From assembly GCA_019115805.1 (NCBI GenBank), contig DXCW01000163.1:900-64899 (forward strand): DNA of 64,000 nt, read 5' to 3'. Positions 18,265 to 27,963 of this stretch are shown here, piece by piece. The first letter of the stretch is position 1; every line of letters begins with the position of its first letter. Source of the DNA: Candidatus Sphingobacterium stercorigallinarum. Lineage in GTDB: Bacteria > Bacteroidota > Bacteroidia > Sphingobacteriales > Sphingobacteriaceae. The translations under genes were made by a program, and so were the position numbers. The notes under the pieces are model-generated. The model was given only the letters and a program-made list of their open reading frames with translations. It searched no databases and had not been told where the DNA came from.

Positions 18265-20277
18265 ATGGAAGCAAAAATTAATCAGTTAGCACCTGTAGAG
18301 AATTTCGATAAAGCGTATATTATTGCTCAGTATGTTCACGAACAAGGTTTTCGAGGGGCAACGTTTCCGGATCTTTTATCCTGGATGCAAACAAGGCTTG
18401 ACTTAACGGGTACCGATCTAATCGATCCAACTCCGCCTGGAACAGAAGCTAACCCAGCTGTAATAGCTCCGGGTCCTGAGGGCAAGAAAGGTAAGTTCGA
18501 GCCGTCACCAGGATTTTATCAAGGGTTTCCAGAAATAACAGCCGACAAGCGATGGTATTTCTATTGGGACGGTTCTACCTGGACCTTAGTAGACATGGGG
18601 GAGTTGCCGGACAACGCTGCTAAAGCGAAAGACTGGCAAGCGGAAGAAGAATATGACAGGAATACTATTGTCACCCACAATGGCCTCCAATGGATTGCGT
18701 TAGTCGATACCGATGAAGAACCTAGCCACGATAGTGATGATTGGGACGTGATAGGAGGAGTTGAAAAGACTAACTTAATCATAGAGGAGTCTGGAAAAGC
18801 TGTCACCGAAAAAGCTGTATTTAATTATTCGTTACCTATATTCTCTGATAAAGCATTGCCCTTTGGATATTCTCTTTTTGAAATTGATCGACCTGATTTT
18901 CCAGAGAAGAGATTTCCAATTGTTATGAATGAACTGGGGCAGGTAGTTCAGGACTTAAATAAGAGATTCTATCTTTTAGACGATTTTGATAGGCCGGACC
19001 TAGCGGGATTCAATGTTTACATAGACATAAATAGGCGGCTTATCAAGATGGATAGGGTATCAAGTATGTCGGGTGGGGGTGGTTCTATAGATGTAAGCGC
19101 AACAGATGTATATTACAATCCATCTACACAAGAGGCTTATAGCATAGGTAGTTCGGGGACCGAGTGGGTAGACGCTAATGTCTATCACGAAAGATGGGAG
19201 CCTTTGTTGAACGATGACAAATATGTATCAAGGCAATTATTAGGAACAAGCACCGAGGATGGCTTACCTATCTACAAATATGAATTTAAACCTGATAACC
19301 CATCTAGAAAGGCAATTCTATTTGGGGGAACTCACGGTAGTGAAAAAATGAGCCCTGTTATTTTATACAGATTCTTTAATAATTTAGTGGAGAATTACAG
19401 TAGTGCCAATGCTTTGCAATGGGCAAGGAAAAATGTTCATTTCATAGTAGTACCCCTATTGTCGCCTGATAGCTATGAGCGCAGGACAAGGAGGGTAAAG
19501 GAAACAGCTCCATTTAATGCAAGTTGGACTAAATCGGGTAATGTGGTTACGATTTCTTTCGATCAAGCAGATTTCCCGAACACAAACCCCAACGTACATG
19601 CAAACGACTACTTTTCAAATCCGGGAATTGTAGGTAAAACAATGCTGTCGGTTATAGACAGCAGTGATCAAGAATCCTTGCCTGATAACGGTTATGTGAT
19701 ACAATCAGCGATTAATGGGCGAACGATAACTGTAAACGCTACAGCTGGCGGTGCAAGTTCGGGTACATGTAAGATTTTCGTAAGCGCTGACCCTAACAGA
19801 AGTTTTGATATGCCATCAAACCCTTGGTTAGATTTTACTCCGACAGGCTCTATGACAAAGTACAACGAACCGGTATCGGTAAGGAATGACAATAAAGGAA
19901 CCAAGCCTTATTCGTTGAAAGAGAGTGTTTACGCTAAAGCTGTTATGGATGATAATCCTGATGCTACGTTTCTAATCGACTTCCATAATGGGGCGGGTGA
20001 TTACGATTTCCGATGGAACGCTAACGTTGACTTTGACAGGTCTGGCGCTGACATTATTAACGAATTACACAAGCTATACACGTCTGACTTTGCGGTCGGT
20101 CCGACGAACAATAACGTGCTTTCGGGATACGCGAGTCAAGTTTTGAATATGAACGGAACGACAGTAGAATGGGGGCAGCACAGCCCTATTACTGACAAAA
20201 TAGCGACCGACAGCCAGCGTTGGTTTGGTAACCTGATATTAATTGGTTCATGGTATTACAAAAATAAATTACAATAA
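18265..20277 (+). CDS. Tail-associated protein with CBM5/12-like module and M14 zinc-carboxypeptidase-like domain (putative virion-associated peptidoglycan peptidase)
   Basis: M14-like motifs are present. GGTHGSEKMSP gives the HxxE zinc ligands. VVPLLSPDSYE resembles ivP.lNPDGye. FLIDFHNGAG holds the third His. AKDWQAEEEYDRNTIVTHNGLQWIALVDTDEEPSHDSDDWDVI resembles a chitin-binding type 3 (CBM5/12) module. Confidence 0.6.
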   Translation: MEAKINQLAPVENFDKAYIIAQYVHEQGFRGATFPDLLSWMQTRLDLTGTDLIDPTPPGTEANPAVIAPGPEGKKGKFEPSPGFYQGFPEITADKRWYFYWDGSTWTLVDMGELPDNAAKAKDWQAEEEYDRNTIVTHNGLQWIALVDTDEEPSHDSDDWDVIGGVEKTNLIIEESGKAVTEKAVFNYSLPIFSDKALPFGYSLFEIDRPDFPEKRFPIVMNELGQVVQDLNKRFYLLDDFDRPDLAGFNVYIDINRRLIKMDRVSSMSGGGGSIDVSATDVYYNPSTQEAYSIGSSGTEWVDANVYHERWEPLLNDDKYVSRQLLGTSTEDGLPIYKYEFKPDNPSRKAILFGGTHGSEKMSPVILYRFFNNLVENYSSANALQWARKNVHFIVVPLLSPDSYERRTRRVKETAPFNASWTKSGNVVTISFDQADFPNTNPNVHANDYFSNPGIVGKTMLSVIDSSDQESLPDNGYVIQSAINGRTITVNATAGGASSGTCKIFVSADPNRSFDMPSNPWLDFTPTGSMTKYNEPVSVRNDNKGTKPYSLKESVYAKAVMDDNPDATFLIDFHNGAGDYDFRWNANVDFDRSGADIINELHKLYTSDFAVGPTNNNVLSGYASQVLNMNGTTVEWGQHSPITDKIATDSQRWFGNLILIGSWYYKNKLQ

Positions 20278-20278
20278 A

Positions 20279-21133
20279 ATGGCTTTAGGATTTCAAACAT
20301 TAGAGAACAGCGCTCCAGAGGGAGCGGAGGTTATACACGGTGACGCGATGGTTTCTGACGGCACCTTGTTAGCTTTAGACTTTAGCAACAAAGGTTGCTT
20401 ATACGGGTATTCTTTAAAAAATGGATACCCAGTTAGGGATTTGGCTAAGTTTGCAAATGATCCCCTAGGTATAGATAATTCATCAAGGTTAATCCATAAT
20501 GGCGAAGGCGATTTGACGTTAACCCCTGGGTTGGGATTGCCGATGCATCTTTGGGGGCTCAATCCTGGGGGAGCATACGTTTGGGGCATGAACCTTGGAA
20601 AGGACCTGTTAGAATACATGTCCGCCAACAACGACCACGAATTTATATTTACTTTCTGGGTCAGGAGAAACATGTCTATTCCAGTAGAATCCGGTGCTTT
20701 CGTTACTTCTACGCAAAGCGTGGATGGAAATAATGTGAATGCTGTTAGAATAAACACATCGGCCAATGGAAATATGACTCCGTCATTCGCTGGTGTGGCT
20801 GCAGAGACAGGGATAGTTTTTGACGATGATTCTCTTTATCAGGTTTCTATACACTACAAAGGCGCAGGCGAAACGCTTGGAATATATATAAACGGAGTAT
20901 ATAGCCGGGAAAGCAACGGAAATGCACTTGGTTTTGGATCTGAATTCTCTGACCTAGTTATAGGTAAAACAGCAACGAGTAACCCATGTTCCATTCTATA
21001 CAGGATACTCATTGATGATTTGACAGCTAGCGGTAGAACAGCTATTGAGTTCGCATCAAAAGATTATCAATTGTGTACCGGAACTGGGCAATATAATTAT
21101 ATTGAAGAAAGACCGTTTATATCTGTCGATTAA
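20279..21133 (+). CDS. Tail fibre/receptor-binding-like protein (possible LamG/concanavalin-like fold)
   Basis: The ATG at 20279 follows the upstream stop at 20277. The pattern ...SLYQVSIHYKGAGETLGIYINGVY... is reminiscent of LamG-type jelly rolls. Weak call. Confidence 0.35.
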   Translation: MALGFQTLENSAPEGAEVIHGDAMVSDGTLLALDFSNKGCLYGYSLKNGYPVRDLAKFANDPLGIDNSSRLIHNGEGDLTLTPGLGLPMHLWGLNPGGAYVWGMNLGKDLLEYMSANNDHEFIFTFWVRRNMSIPVESGAFVTSTQSVDGNNVNAVRINTSANGNMTPSFAGVAAETGIVFDDDSLYQVSIHYKGAGETLGIYINGVYSRESNGNALGFGSEFSDLVIGKTATSNPCSILYRILIDDLTASGRTAIEFASKDYQLCTGTGQYNYIEERPFISVD

Positions 21134-21213
21134 TGAAAACCTCACAAAAAGGCATTGACCTTATAAAAAGCTTCGAGGGGTGGTACGCCGCCCCTCGCAA
21201 GAGTTCGGTGTAA
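21133..21213 (+). pseudogene. Endolysin (GH24-type lysozyme) N-terminal stub, 26 codons
   Basis: Translates MKTSQKGIDLIKSFEGWYAAPRKSSV*. GIDLIKSFEG is the characteristic start of phage lysozymes (..Gi.lIk.FEG..l.aY). The frame stops before the catalytic region, and no continuation is seen in other frames. Confidence 0.5.
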
Positions 21214-21351
21214 TTAGAAAGAATAGGATAATTGTATCTACCGGATAAATTTGGAGTGATTGGATGAGTGAATCGATCAAAAGATATAAACGAAATGCCC
21301 GTGGATGCAAGTGGCACATCGTAGATTGACCGGAATAGCCGAGAGATAAAA

Positions 21352-22617
21352 CTAAAACTTTATTTTATAATGAGTCCTGAAGTCTTCTTGAATTTGTAAA
21401 GTTTTAAAATAATTGTCTTCATCATCAACATGTGCATATTTCTCGGTCGTTGCAATTTTAGAATGCCCGAGTAGCTTTTTAAGTAGATAAATATCCCCCA
21501 CATATTTCATGATCAAGTAACCAAAGGTGTGCCGCGCAACATGGGAGGTGATTGTTTTTCCGATACTGGCCATTCTACTCAGGTCTTTCAGGCTTCTGTT
21601 GTATTCTTGGCTTGTGGGCAAATCGAACAGTTTCCCGCGCGTTTCATTGACGAAAAGTTTCGCTAATGGTATTAATGGGATAGTGATCGTTTTTGGCCGC
21701 CGGTCTGAATTTTTACGCATAGTGAACTTCATAAAGTTGTCAGAAAGCATCCAAGAATATTCGGAATTGTAGAGGTCCGATATCCGGATTCCAGTGAAGC
21801 AGCAAAAGAGGAACGCTTTCAGAACATTGAAGTGGGTAGGCGATAAGGCTTTTTGATCCATCTGTTGGATCAGGCGCACAATCTCGTCTTTATTTAAATA
21901 GGTCGATTCGCTCTCCTGGTACGGATTAGGAAAATCAATGACGGATTGTGGCACGTAAACCTGTATTTCCTCACTGGCCACCCGAAAAAACGATTTGAGA
22001 TCCTTAAGCCTTGTCCATACTGTATTATGAGCCAATGGCTTCCCCGATGTGTTCTTTTGCTTTTTCAGCCAGGCTCTGAACTTCTGCATAAACTTTACGT
22101 CGACCTGATCCCATCGAAGGCCGGGTTCAAACTTTTCTAAGGCAATAATTGTGGAGCCATAATTCTTCCATGTTTGTTCAGAGATGGCTCTCAATTTGAA
22201 TAATTCTTTTCGTCGCTTTTTGAAGTAACCGATAACCGATTTGGCCGGATCGAAGTAGAAAAGCTCACGTTTAACGATATCAATACTTAGATATCGACCG
22301 GAAAGCCTATACAATTTTGCAATTTCATTCAGTTTCGCCCGTTCTGACATGATCATCATGTTGAAATCACTAGCGTCGGGATCTTTTTTTTGACGAGGCA
22401 ACAGTATGCTCTCCTCAAGATCGATTAAATCTGCGGGCCATTCTAGATTTAAAGGGATATAAGTCCTTGAGCTGTTTCCAGGAGTTGAGATGTAGACCTG
22501 AAGATACAACGCTTGATGGCCATTTTTTTTCAAGCGATTCTTATGGACGTGAAGCTTAGTCGAAAATTTAAACATGGCGTTTCCAATACTATTTATTTGA
22601 TTCGTCCGTAAAATCAT
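21352..22617 (-). CDS. int: Tyrosine recombinase / phage integrase (Bacteroidetes type)
   Basis: 421 aa. C-terminal catalytic block is HVARHTFGYLIMKYVGDIYLLKKLLGHSKIATTEKYAHV (H-x-x-R ... H ... Y), with upstream FTGIRISDL. N-terminal arm-binding-like region. Adjacent to the tRNA. Confidence 0.9.
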   Translation of the reverse strand: MILRTNQINSIGNAMFKFSTKLHVHKNRLKKNGHQALYLQVYISTPGNSSRTYIPLNLEWPADLIDLEESILLPRQKKDPDASDFNMMIMSERAKLNEIAKLYRLSGRYLSIDIVKRELFYFDPAKSVIGYFKKRRKELFKLRAISEQTWKNYGSTIIALEKFEPGLRWDQVDVKFMQKFRAWLKKQKNTSGKPLAHNTVWTRLKDLKSFFRVASEEIQVYVPQSVIDFPNPYQESESTYLNKDEIVRLIQQMDQKALSPTHFNVLKAFLFCCFTGIRISDLYNSEYSWMLSDNFMKFTMRKNSDRRPKTITIPLIPLAKLFVNETRGKLFDLPTSQEYNRSLKDLSRMASIGKTITSHVARHTFGYLIMKYVGDIYLLKKLLGHSKIATTEKYAHVDDEDNYFKTLQIQEDFRTHYKIKF

Positions 22618-22703
22618 GTTAGCAAAATGTTAACAAAACCCTCGGATTGAGTATTAAAATAGCCTGTGTTTAGAGTGTGTGTATTGCTGTTAAACAGCGT
22701 TTT

Positions 22704-22742
22704 TGAGCAAAAATAGCGAGCTTTTAACAAGCCCGCTATTTT
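22704..22742 (-). terminator. Hairpin + U-run immediately 3' of tRNA-Leu
   Basis: On the minus strand: AATAGCGGGC-TTGTTAAAA-GCTCGCTATT (10 bp, one G-U), then TTTTTGCTC. Confidence 0.5.
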
Positions 22743-22747
22743 CAAAG

Positions 22748-22829
22748 TACCCAGGGCCGGGATCGAACCGGCACGAATTGCTTCATTGGTGTTTGAGACC
22801 AACGCGTCTACCAATTCCGCCACCTGGGC
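22748..22829 (-). tRNA. tRNA-Leu (anticodon CAA)
   Basis: Reverse complement GCCCAGGTGGCGGAATTGGTAGACGCGTTGGTCTCAAACACCAATGAAGCAATTCGTGCCGGTTCGATCCCGGCCCTGGGTA. It shows a 7-bp acceptor stem (one G-U), a D-arm typical of tRNA-Leu, anticodon loop CU-CAA-AC, a long variable arm and T-loop GGTTCGATCC. No encoded CCA. Confidence 0.9.
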
Positions 22830-23145
22830 GTTTCCTAATTGGAACGATGCAAATATAGTGCTTCTACATTATTTTCCAAAAATAAAATTCATCGGTACCC
22901 TGAATATGTTGATTTTTAGTTCATTTAATTTTATCCGAATGGAATCGCCCTCGATTCTCACGCGATATATTTTAATAAGCCGTCTGTCTAGCTACGGTTC
23001 TTGAGCATCGCGAGCCAAATGTTGCTATAAGGCGGTTTAACAAACTTTTAACAACCTGGCATTAAACGTTGATGCAGTGTATCCACTCCAACTCATAAGA
23101 AACAACAGACAGTACAATTAGGAAGACTTATAAAAACGATTGCAT

Positions 23146-23667
23146 ATGAAAAAGCTATTTACATTATCTGCATTACTTGTTGGCCTAGGGTGGTCAGCTA
23201 CTGCACAGGAAAATACGAAGGAGCAAAAGTCGGAAGTTCGTCAGGATATTGAACGTGTAGGGCCGGTGCGTACCCACCAGGCCAAAGATCCGGTGGTCAA
23301 ATCGCCAGAAGAGCGGGCCCAAATGTGGACCAACCGCGTTGACAAGAGCTTAGAGCTTACTGATGGACAGAAAGAAGAGCTGTATGCATTTCATTTAGCG
23401 AAGGCTGAGAAGCAAATGGAGCGTAGAGAAGAGCAGCGAGCGTTGCGTGAAATAAGAAAGCAAGAGATGAAAGAGGAACGGCAAGCTTTCGAACGGATTT
23501 TGACGCCAGAGCAGAAAGAGAAACTCAGCGAATTAGCAGCGGCAAAAAAGGATAAATTCAAGCGGAAAGGTCGCCACGTCAAGCATCATGGTTCGCGCAA
23601 AAAAGCCGTTCGGACGGTCCAACCGACCGACAATAAGGAGATCGTTGATTCCCAAAGAGATCAATAG
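23146..23667 (+). CDS. Secreted Lys/Glu-rich protein with LTXXQ-type motifs (Spy/CpxP-like)
   Basis: Signal peptide MKKLFTLSALLVGLGWSATAQ. LELTDGQKEEL and ILTPEQKEKL motifs. Confidence 0.5.
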   Translation: MKKLFTLSALLVGLGWSATAQENTKEQKSEVRQDIERVGPVRTHQAKDPVVKSPEERAQMWTNRVDKSLELTDGQKEELYAFHLAKAEKQMERREEQRALREIRKQEMKEERQAFERILTPEQKEKLSELAAAKKDKFKRKGRHVKHHGSRKKAVRTVQPTDNKEIVDSQRDQ

Positions 23668-23719
23668 TTAGAATAGTTTTAGTTTTCTATTAGTTAGTGG
23701 TTATATGTTTAATTGGCGG

Positions 23720-23753
23720 AGGTCTTGCAGTGATGCAGGGCCTTCGTTTTTTT
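23720..23753 (+). terminator. Rho-independent terminator
   Basis: aggtcttgca-gtga-tgcagggcct (10 bp, two G-U), then tcgttttttt. Confidence 0.55.
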
Positions 23754-23849
23754 GTCGTCCAAACAGCTACAAAAAATAGAAAATGCGTGTTCAATATGTC
23801 TGGATTCTGGCAGAATAGTCGTATTTTAAAGTCGATAAACCATAATATT

Positions 23850-24353
23850 ATGATACGAACTCAAATGATTATTTGGGTGATGGTGTTTTCCTCTTTGGAA
23901 ATATGCGCTCAAGTACTAGATCTACAGACCATTCGAAATGATTTTAATAAGGGCGTCAAGGATGAGGCGCTTTGTAAAAATCATCTTGCTGTTTTAGATG
24001 AACAAGCAGACTCTCCTTTGGAGCGGGCCTATGCGGCGGCGTTTCACATGTTTATGGCCAAACATACGGGTAATCCATTTAAAAAAATGCGCTATTTCCG
24101 AGAAGGTAGAGATCGATTAGAGGACGAACTTGCTTTGAAACCGAATGATGTTGAAATACGTTTTATACGGTTAAGTATACAGTATCATATTCCCGAATAC
24201 TTGGGGTATAATGATGATATAGAGTCTGATAAGGTGTTTGTAATGAATAATCTGTATAAGTTGTCGGATCCACAGGTTAAGGCCATTATCTACAAATATC
24301 TTGAGGGTGCGAATATGTATACGGATACAGAATTAGCACTATTAGGGCGATAA
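23850..24353 (+). CDS. Secreted hypothetical protein
   Basis: I prefer the internal ATG at 23850 (MIRTQMIIWVMVFSSLEICAQ signal peptide) because the longer ORF would run through the upstream terminator. Confidence 0.4.
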   Translation: MIRTQMIIWVMVFSSLEICAQVLDLQTIRNDFNKGVKDEALCKNHLAVLDEQADSPLERAYAAAFHMFMAKHTGNPFKKMRYFREGRDRLEDELALKPNDVEIRFIRLSIQYHIPEYLGYNDDIESDKVFVMNNLYKLSDPQVKAIIYKYLEGANMYTDTELALLGR

Positions 24354-24369
24354 ATACTACCTTAGTATA

Positions 24370-25050
24370 ATGAAACAGAAAGTATTTGGAATTCTAGCCG
24401 TGTTGCTGATTTATAGTCAGCTGTCCGTTATAGGGCAAATTACCCAACCTGTGGAGCAGCTTTCGGCTCTGCAAGTCACTGATCGCTTATTGGTGAGTGT
24501 AATTCTAGGAGATCGTAATGAAATGATCATCGAGGGCGAAGAAGCAGAGCACGTTCAAGCCGTGTTTAAGGACGGTGATCTACGTTTGAAAATGGCACCA
24601 GGACACAATTTGCAAGGACAGGAGACGATGGTCACGTTATACACCTCTAGTTTATCCAAAATAACGGTCAGGAAAGGGGCGGTGGTGAATGTAGAACAAC
24701 ACGCGTTGAAAACCGATGCGTTGTCTTTAACTGCCAGAGAAGGAGGTAAGATACGAGCGTTAATTGAAGCTGTAGGTGTAGATGCTTCCGCTAATACCGG
24801 AGCGATTATAGATGTACTGGGAACCGCAAAAAAGGTGAATGTATCCAGCGGTACGGGAGCGGCTTTTTATGGAAAAGATCTGCAATCTGAGATTGCCTAT
24901 GCAAGGGCGAGCGGTGGAGGAAAAGTAGAGATCAGCGCAACGACATCTGCCGATGTGGTCGCTCGATTGGGCGGGGTGATCGATGTGTACGGGGATCCAG
25001 ATCAAAAACATGATAAAACAATTCTTGGAGGCGAAATTCGGTTTCAATAA
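24370..25050 (+). CDS. DUF2807 / GIN (adhesin-head-like) domain protein
   Basis: Signal peptide plus repetitive beta-helix-like G-x-G segments (GGKIRALIEAVGVDASANTGAIIDVLGTAKKVNVSSGTGAAF). Confidence 0.5.
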   Translation: MKQKVFGILAVLLIYSQLSVIGQITQPVEQLSALQVTDRLLVSVILGDRNEMIIEGEEAEHVQAVFKDGDLRLKMAPGHNLQGQETMVTLYTSSLSKITVRKGAVVNVEQHALKTDALSLTAREGGKIRALIEAVGVDASANTGAIIDVLGTAKKVNVSSGTGAAFYGKDLQSEIAYARASGGGKVEISATTSADVVARLGGVIDVYGDPDQKHDKTILGGEIRFQ

Positions 25051-25159
25051 GGCGTTGAAGTCCATAGGGTCTAGGGATCTGTCGGGTGGAAACAGGACAT
25101 GCTCAATTTGTTTGATTTTTTCCACTGAAAAATCGCTCGTGAAATCGTAACTTTGCGCC

Positions 25160-26710
25160 ATGTCAGAAAAAATCATCATTCTCGATTTTGGTTCGCAATA
25201 TACTCAGTTGATTGCTAGAAGAGTACGCGAACTTAACGTATACTGTGAGATTCACCCCTTTAACAATTTGCCGGAATTTGACCATACCGTCAAAGGCGTC
25301 ATCTTTTCCGGAAGTCCACATTCGGTCCGTCAGCAAGACGCTCCGCATATAGACTATGAGCAGATCCAAAGTCGCTTTCCGTTATTAGCGGTGTGTTATG
25401 GAGCACAGTATATCGCCCAGCAATTGGGAGGAGAGGTGACTCCGTCGGAAATTCGGGAATACGGTCGTGCAAACCTTCAGTTTGTAGATCAGCAAAATGC
25501 ATTATTGAAAGACATGCCGGTGCAGTCTCAAGTATGGATGTCGCATGGCGATACCATTCGAGAGGTGCCTGACCATATTCAAGTGATCGCTAGTACCGAT
25601 AAAGTCCGTGTGGCGGCTTATCAATTGGTAGGTACGCAAACCTACGGCATACAGTTCCATCCGGAAGTTACACACAGTACGGACGGACAAATATTGTTAA
25701 AGAATTTTGTTGTTGACATTTGCGGGTGTAGTCAAGATTGGACGGCCGATGCATTTGCCGAGACAACAATTGCTGAATTGAAATCAGAATTAGGTAGTGA
25801 CCATGTCATTATGGCTCTTTCTGGTGGCGTCGACTCCACTGTTGCGGCGGTGTTGTTGCATCATGCTATCGGGGAGCGATTACATTGCTTTTTCGTCGAT
25901 CACGGTTTGCTACGGAAAGGTGAATATGAGCAGGTGTTAGCCTCCTATAAAGACATGGGGCTAAATATTAAAGGGGTAAACGCCAAAGATCTGTTTTATT
26001 CTCGATTGGCAGGCGTAACAGAACCAGAAAAGAAAAGAAAGGTTATCGGAGCGTCATTTATCGATGTGTTTGATGAGGCCGCTAAGGAGATTCAGCGTGA
26101 GCTTCCAGCCGGAGTAGAAGCGAAATGGTTGGGGCAAGGCACAATTTATCCGGATATCATCGAATCGATTTCCGTCAAAGGCCCCTCTGCTACGATTAAA
26201 TCACATCACAATGTGGGCGGGTTGCCTGATTATATGAAATTAAAGGTTGTTGAACCTTTAAAGACGCTTTTCAAAGACGAGGTTCGGCGCGTGGGTAAGA
26301 CGCTAGAGGTGGATCCAACTATATTAGGCCGTCATCCTTTCCCTGGGCCTGGACTTGCAATTCGTATACTGGGAGACATTACGGAAGAAAAGGTACGGAT
26401 TTTGCAAGAAGCTGATGACATTTATATTCGTAATTTGAAAGAATCGGGATGGTATGATAAAGTGTGGCAGGCCGGGACCATATTCTTGCCGGTTCAGTCT
26501 GTCGGCGTGATGGGAGACGAGCGTACATACGAGCACGTGGTCGCTTTACGTGCAGTGGGATCGCTAGACGGTATGACAGCGGATTGGATTCACTTGCCTT
26601 ACGACCTACTTGCAAAAATTTCGAATGAAATTATTAATCATGTCAAAGGAATCAACAGAGTCGTGTATGATATCAGTTCAAAACCACCAGCAACCATTGA
26701 GTGGGAATAA
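25160..26710 (+). CDS. guaA: GMP synthase (glutamine-hydrolysing)
   Basis: [27 protein letters not shown] (GATase), [10 protein letters not shown] (ATP-PPase P-loop) and conserved C-terminal PPATIEWE. Confidence 0.97.
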   Translation: MSEKIIILDFGSQYTQLIARRVRELNVYCEIHPFNNLPEFDHTVKGVIFSGSPHSVRQQDAPHIDYEQIQSRFPLLAVCYGAQYIAQQLGGEVTPSEIREYGRANLQFVDQQNALLKDMPVQSQVWMSHGDTIREVPDHIQVIASTDKVRVAAYQLVGTQTYGIQFHPEVTHSTDGQILLKNFVVDICGCSQDWTADAFAETTIAELKSELGSDHVIMALSGGVDSTVAAVLLHHAIGERLHCFFVDHGLLRKGEYEQVLASYKDMGLNIKGVNAKDLFYSRLAGVTEPEKKRKVIGASFIDVFDEAAKEIQRELPAGVEAKWLGQGTIYPDIIESISVKGPSATIKSHHNVGGLPDYMKLKVVEPLKTLFKDEVRRVGKTLEVDPTILGRHPFPGPGLAIRILGDITEEKVRILQEADDIYIRNLKESGWYDKVWQAGTIFLPVQSVGVMGDERTYEHVVALRAVGSLDGMTADWIHLPYDLLAKISNEIINHVKGINRVVYDISSKPPATIEWE

Positions 26711-26726
26711 AAAGATAAAGAATTTG

Positions 26727-27962
26727 ATGCGGAATACGGCGTCCGTTCTTGTGCTAATCACGCTTTTAGTCATCAGTTCTTGTTCTCCAAAAACTCGGGG
26801 TGTGCTTCGCAGTCCGGATGTTTACGGCGGTAAAGCCGATAGAGACAGCGTAGAGAAACCGCATGATGAAGGGAAGGTAGAGGAGGAAAAACCGGGAAAA
26901 TCTGATCTTCAATCTAAACGGATTGCGTTATTGTTGCCGTTTCAGCTGCAGATGATTTCCGGACAAGATTTGGATGAGGAAGATGTCAAGCGTTCAGCGC
27001 TTGCATTAGATTTTTATCAGGGTTTTCAGCTGGGAGTAGAGGAGGAATCGAAAAAATCAGGAGAATTCTCGATTCAAGTGATGGATACGCAAGATGATGA
27101 GTTACGCGCGGTATCGCTGGCGGCAACTCCAGAGGTGGAGCAGGCTCATTTGATTGTAGGACCGATTTATCCAAGAGAGATCAGTTCCTTTGGTAGAGGA
27201 AATAATAATAAACGGGTACTGCAAGTCAATCCTCTGGCTGCATCGATGCCTACAGAATTCAATATTCCCAATCTGGTTTCCATTACACCGCCCATTCGTA
27301 TTCACCTGCAAACTATTGTCGAGCGAATCGCAGAGGAGTATCGTGATGGGGATGCGATTATTGTGTTCGATGGTCGGGACAATACCCATAGACAATTTAT
27401 TGAGGGGTTCGATAGTGAAATCCAACAATATATGGATTCAACAGTCGATGTTATTCACGTCAGCTCCTTATCTGAACTAGACGAGCATTTACAAGATCTG
27501 GGAACGAGTTTGATTGTGACGGGCATGACCGATCGCAGCCAGCTCCGAAGCCTAATAACAGGTTTGGATAGCAAAGTCGCCGACGGACACCAGATTCGTT
27601 TATACGGTCACCCGTTGTGGGAACGATACGATTTCTCACCGTATAAAAACTTTTCACGGATGAATCCAACCATCACCTCCGAAAGCCGTTTGAAAGAGTG
27701 GGGATCGGCATTGCAATCATTTCAGCGGGAATACAAGGCTGCTTTTGAGGTCAGCCCATCCGATTTTTCCTATAAGGGATACGATGCAGGTAGGTATTTC
27801 GTGAAGTTGTTGGATAAATATGGTACGGATTACACCGATAAGTTGACCGAGGAAGAGTATGAAGGGCTTTTTAGTAACTATCGCTTTCGCTTCAATCCGG
27901 AATGGGGTTATGTAAATGAAGGTGTCATGGTGAAAATATACCGTAACGGATCATTTCAATAA
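26727..27962 (+). CDS. Lipoprotein, type-1 periplasmic-binding-fold-like
   Basis: The ATG at 26727 gives lipoprotein signal MRNTASVLVLITLLVISSC. The longer ORF would overlap guaA by 100 nt. LLLPFQL...ALDFYQGFQLG resembles Leu/Ile/Val-binding-type proteins. Confidence 0.4.
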   Translation: MRNTASVLVLITLLVISSCSPKTRGVLRSPDVYGGKADRDSVEKPHDEGKVEEEKPGKSDLQSKRIALLLPFQLQMISGQDLDEEDVKRSALALDFYQGFQLGVEEESKKSGEFSIQVMDTQDDELRAVSLAATPEVEQAHLIVGPIYPREISSFGRGNNNKRVLQVNPLAASMPTEFNIPNLVSITPPIRIHLQTIVERIAEEYRDGDAIIVFDGRDNTHRQFIEGFDSEIQQYMDSTVDVIHVSSLSELDEHLQDLGTSLIVTGMTDRSQLRSLITGLDSKVADGHQIRLYGHPLWERYDFSPYKNFSRMNPTITSESRLKEWGSALQSFQREYKAAFEVSPSDFSYKGYDAGRYFVKLLDKYGTDYTDKLTEEEYEGLFSNYRFRFNPEWGYVNEGVMVKIYRNGSFQ

Positions 27963-27963
27963 C

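Larger units (their letters stand above)
1..22747. mobile_element. Prophage, late/structural half plus integrase, integrated next to tRNA-Leu; left end lies outside the window
   Basis: Co-directional terminase, portal, tape measure, tail and lysin genes with ATGA/TAATG overlaps. A tyrosine integrase sits 130 nt from the 3' end of a tRNA gene. No second att copy is visible in the window. Confidence 0.7.

Noticed and set aside
22614-22823. 69-aa minus-strand ORF (MAELVDALVSNTNEAIRAGSIPALG...)
   Set aside because: It is the translation of the tRNA-Leu gene and its terminator, not a protein gene.
26610-26726. Upstream extension of the lipoprotein ORF, overlapping guaA by about 100 nt
   Set aside because: The internal ATG at 26727 yields a clean lipoprotein signal peptide. 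The extension looks like read-through of the guaA 3' end in another frame.
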